Program-made: the position numbers and the translations under genes
Source: Octopus sinensis
Lineage: Eukaryota
Assembly: GCF_006345805.1 (NCBI RefSeq)
Contig: NC_042997.1
Location: forward strand, 176,576,001 to 176,640,000
DNA: 64,000 nt
Direction: 5' to 3'
The notes under the pieces: generated by a model
The model's input: the letters and a program-made list of their open reading frames with translations, nothing else
The model's database searches: none
Told to the model about the DNA's origin: nothing
Shown: positions 60,648 to 64,000 of the stretch, piece after piece
How positions within the stretch are numbered: the first letter of the stretch is position 1
Layout of the letters: the number at the start of each line of letters is the position of its first letter

Positions 60648-63600
60648 CAATTTTTCTCTACCTCTCTTTTTACAAATCTAGCAGTGGGCTGAACGAAAAT
60701 CTATTTCTACTACTATTACACAACACCTATTATTTTTCTTTTCTTTCCCCCCAGCTGCAACCAACATCACTTAGCCTATCCACTTCCCCTCTGTTTCTTT
60801 CTCTTTCTCTGTCCAGTTGACTGATGTAGTTATGGTCACATTCCTGTTCCCTCTATCTTTACCAATCCTTTATTACCCCCTTTTTTTGAGGACCCATGAC
60901 TAAAATTAAGTCTCTATTTGTTCCCTCTTTCAATAATGCCAAGAAAAGAAATTCTGTTAACATTATGGCTTGTCTCCATTATTATATGTCTAATTATTGC
61001 TTCTTTCTGGAGAATTTAATGAATTTATGTGCATAATTACTGTGCACTAGGCAAACCAGTTTCAATATACGAGTAAAGTTTAAAAGATTAGAAGAAATAT
61101 CTGAGTGTAACTATGACAATCTTTATCTACAACAAAGTAATAATCCTCTTTCTCTTGATTTAAAAACAAAATCCTTTGTTCTTTCTTTAATCTAGTGATT
61201 CTGTTAAAGGCAGTGATCGGTAATTCTTGTGTAGGCTTTCTTTTTTTAAATTCTGAGCATTGCACACTCTGGATCACTTTAATCTTTTCTGGAATTTCTG
61301 GTCTTTAAAATGAAAGCAACTCTATAAGATAATCCATTAAAAAAAAAAAAATTTGTGAAAGATACTCTGAAAAGAAAAAAAAAATTTTTTTTTTTATATT
61401 TTATATTTTGCAAATAACAATAGAAAAGTGTGAGGGCTGGATGAAAGCAAACCTTATTTTGTGAATATGTGCTTCAATTGCTTTAGAGATGGCTTACATT
61501 TTTTAGAGCCTAAAAACAGCACATTCACTCTGGGAAAAATGAAGTTAATGAAATAAATTCAACTTTTCAAAGATAGTGGTTCGTTATATAAGTTATAATT
61601 AAAGATAGAAATATTTTTCTTTCTCTTCTTCTTCCTCTAATCAGCTTAGTTGTTGAAAAACACATAACTCCTGGACATTGTTATTCTGGACAAAAAGGAA
61701 GAAAGTCAAAACAGTTCTTTTATTTGTCCAATAATCTGAATCAATAAATTTGGTATAATAATAACTAATGAAAAGGAAAAAATCATTTTCTTTCAATAAA
61801 AATGGTTTACTGTTACTTCAGATTTAAATGAAAAAAATATATTTTCCCTAACATTAATTTTGGCATTCATCTTTTCCTCTTGCTAATGCATTTTTGTGTT
61901 AAGTTCCAGGTGTTGACTTGGCAATCTCTGTACAAGTGGATAATAGCTGATGTAATTCTCAAATTAAAAATTATGAAGCATATAATCTCATGAGAATGTA
62001 AACGATTATAACATTGACATGTATATCTCCATAAACACTTTTTAATGCATATGAATGCATGTCCTAATGTGTAGATTTTCAATGCAGGAGTATTGCTTGT
62101 GTAGACGTGTAAATACACATCTTTAGAAACATTAAATATATAGCCCTGTGCACTCTTCCATTTGTCAGCATTGATGTACATTTGTAAACTATATTGTTTG
62201 CCAAGGTGATTCATTTTATTGAGGATGTAGTAAGATCTAGAAAAATGTCATTTGTAACAGCTAAGTTAAAATGATTTCCTTTTTTTTTTTTTTTTCCATT
62301 TGTTTCCTAAAAAGAATACTAGGTTGGTCTGTTGGTTTCATATTTTATCTGAATGGACCTGTTAAAAGATATTTTTGCTTCGCTATCAAAAAAGCCACTG
62401 CAAATTTGGAGAACACTACCAAGACTCTTCTTCACTATGTTGGACTTGGCTTTTAGTAATTTTGATTACTCTTCCAAATAAAGCTTAAAAGAACTAAGTT
62501 TTGTACCTCATGTGTCAGTTTTTATCAAAATGTATCCTTGGTACGGCTACAACAGTTCTACCTACTTTTCAAGTTTAACTTTTTAGTTCTTACTATCTTA
62601 GTTTTTTTTTTTTTTTTAACGATTAAGCAAGCTTTTTTTTTTTTTTAAATTAGATTTGTTTTGAATAAATTTATTTCTAGGTTTTCAAGAAATAAAATGT
62701 ATGTCTTATAATTTGGAATAAACATACTGATAGTATTCTATAATGACTCTTGAGTGAAGCAATCTACTACTGTTTCCCAGCTTTCTGTTTCTGTATGATG
62801 ATGTTTTATTGAACATGTCATTTGATTAATTAAAACCTGTTGTTAAGCATTTTCTGTAGTTTGCATATTTAAAATTATCCTTTAAGGCAATATAATAAAA
62901 ATACAGTAAAAATATCAGGTTTTAATGTATGCATGTATGGCACTCTGTATGGGACTTGTTTAACTGTCTTTTCTGTAGCCTTATTTTATTTTTGCTTTAG
63001 ATTGTCAAGTATTTCATTTATTTGAATAGCTAAATCTAATTTTTGTTGATTTTTTTTTTTATTTATAATAATCTTAGTTATCTATTATGGTTTCTAAAAT
63101 CAGGTTGCTTGATATAAAGAGTTGTGATTTATTGGAAATGGTCATTTGATGAATGACATCAAAATAAACATAGGAACTTTTTCAATCTCCTTGTTTTCTG
63201 ATAGTTTTTTTTTTTATTACACTTGTCATATAATACAAGTATATACATCATTACAAAGAAATATGTTGTCATTACTTCCTAGTCCTTTCAATGAATTTTT
63301 TCGCAACTGTTCTCTAATTGAATCTTAGATGTTCAGTTGGCCAAATGAATCATCTGTAAGTAGTCGAGCTGCATAGATATTATATAACTAACATAGGAAT
63401 TATGCCATTGTTCAGTATCCTGAAATCTATTTATGTCTTTGCTTATTTTGGAAAGTATACAGTTTCATTGGTTTGATGTTTTATTATACTCTACTATCAA
63501 AACTTAAATTATTACCTTAAATATAATATATACTAATCAGATGAAACGTTTTATAGATATTTTGCTGTATGTAGCAAAATCTTGATGATTGACTTATTGT

Positions 63601-64000
63601 GTGAGGAGTTGTGGGTGATGTCTGTATTCCTCAATTGAATGTTTGTAGAGATGAGTTTGGGAATTCTGGTGTTAGATTTTGATTGATATCAATGATCCCG
63701 TGTTAATTTATTTGGAAAATGACATCTTTACATACCTGCTATTGTAAATTGACTTCTAATTTTTAAAAACTATTCCTTACCAACTTAACCCTCATATCGT
63801 GTTTACTATTTCAATATTTTGCTTTGATTTGCAAGTTATGTACAGGGTGTCTCAAAGGTCACTGAAGGGTTAAAATTTTTTAATAACTTCCTTAACTTTA
63901 CAAATAAATGCATGAACTTTTGATACAATATAAAGGACATAATGGCAATTAATATGCACAAGTCAAATTTTGCAACACCACTACATCACATGAAAATGAC

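Noticed and set aside
63785-63875. TTAACCC...GGGTTAA and TACAGGGTG motifs near the window end
   Set aside because: Too short and truncated by the window edge to define an element.

Overview
AT-rich, repeat-dense eukaryotic genomic DNA. The retroposon repertoire (tRNA-headed SINEs with internal (AT)/(GT) tracts, RTE LINEs with (GAT)n tails, abundant microsatellites) looks like an octopus or other coleoid genome; this is an inference, not a database match. One gene is well supported: a four-coding-exon, + strand ubiquitin-conjugating enzyme E2 variant (UBE2V/MMS2/UEV1 family). Its CDS is 31820-31844, 52219-52355, 58004-58129 and 60501-60647 (144 aa), with a CpG-rich promoter zone and a 20.4-kb first intron. 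The rest is mostly mobile DNA: a frameshifted CR1-type LINE, several RTE LINE copies, three SINE groups, two decayed mariners, a Tc1/maT-like deletion derivative, piggyBac-type and hAT MITEs, and a Penelope relic. Almost all ORF-track entries are repeat or TE artefacts. The main observations are: (1) a 13-unit, double-hairpin, GC-rich tandem array in an RTE 3' UTR whose unit number differs between copies; (2) a 3' end shared by the CR1 LINE and the commonest SINE; (3) a ~197-bp near-perfect fold-back palindrome and other long hairpins in the UBE2V pre-mRNA; (4) mix-and-match SINE modules; (5) an apparently divergent UEV protein; (6) an orphan chitin-binding-like exon. I found no convincing novel multi-gene system. 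TE boundaries are read by eye and approximate unless TIRs or TSDs are given.
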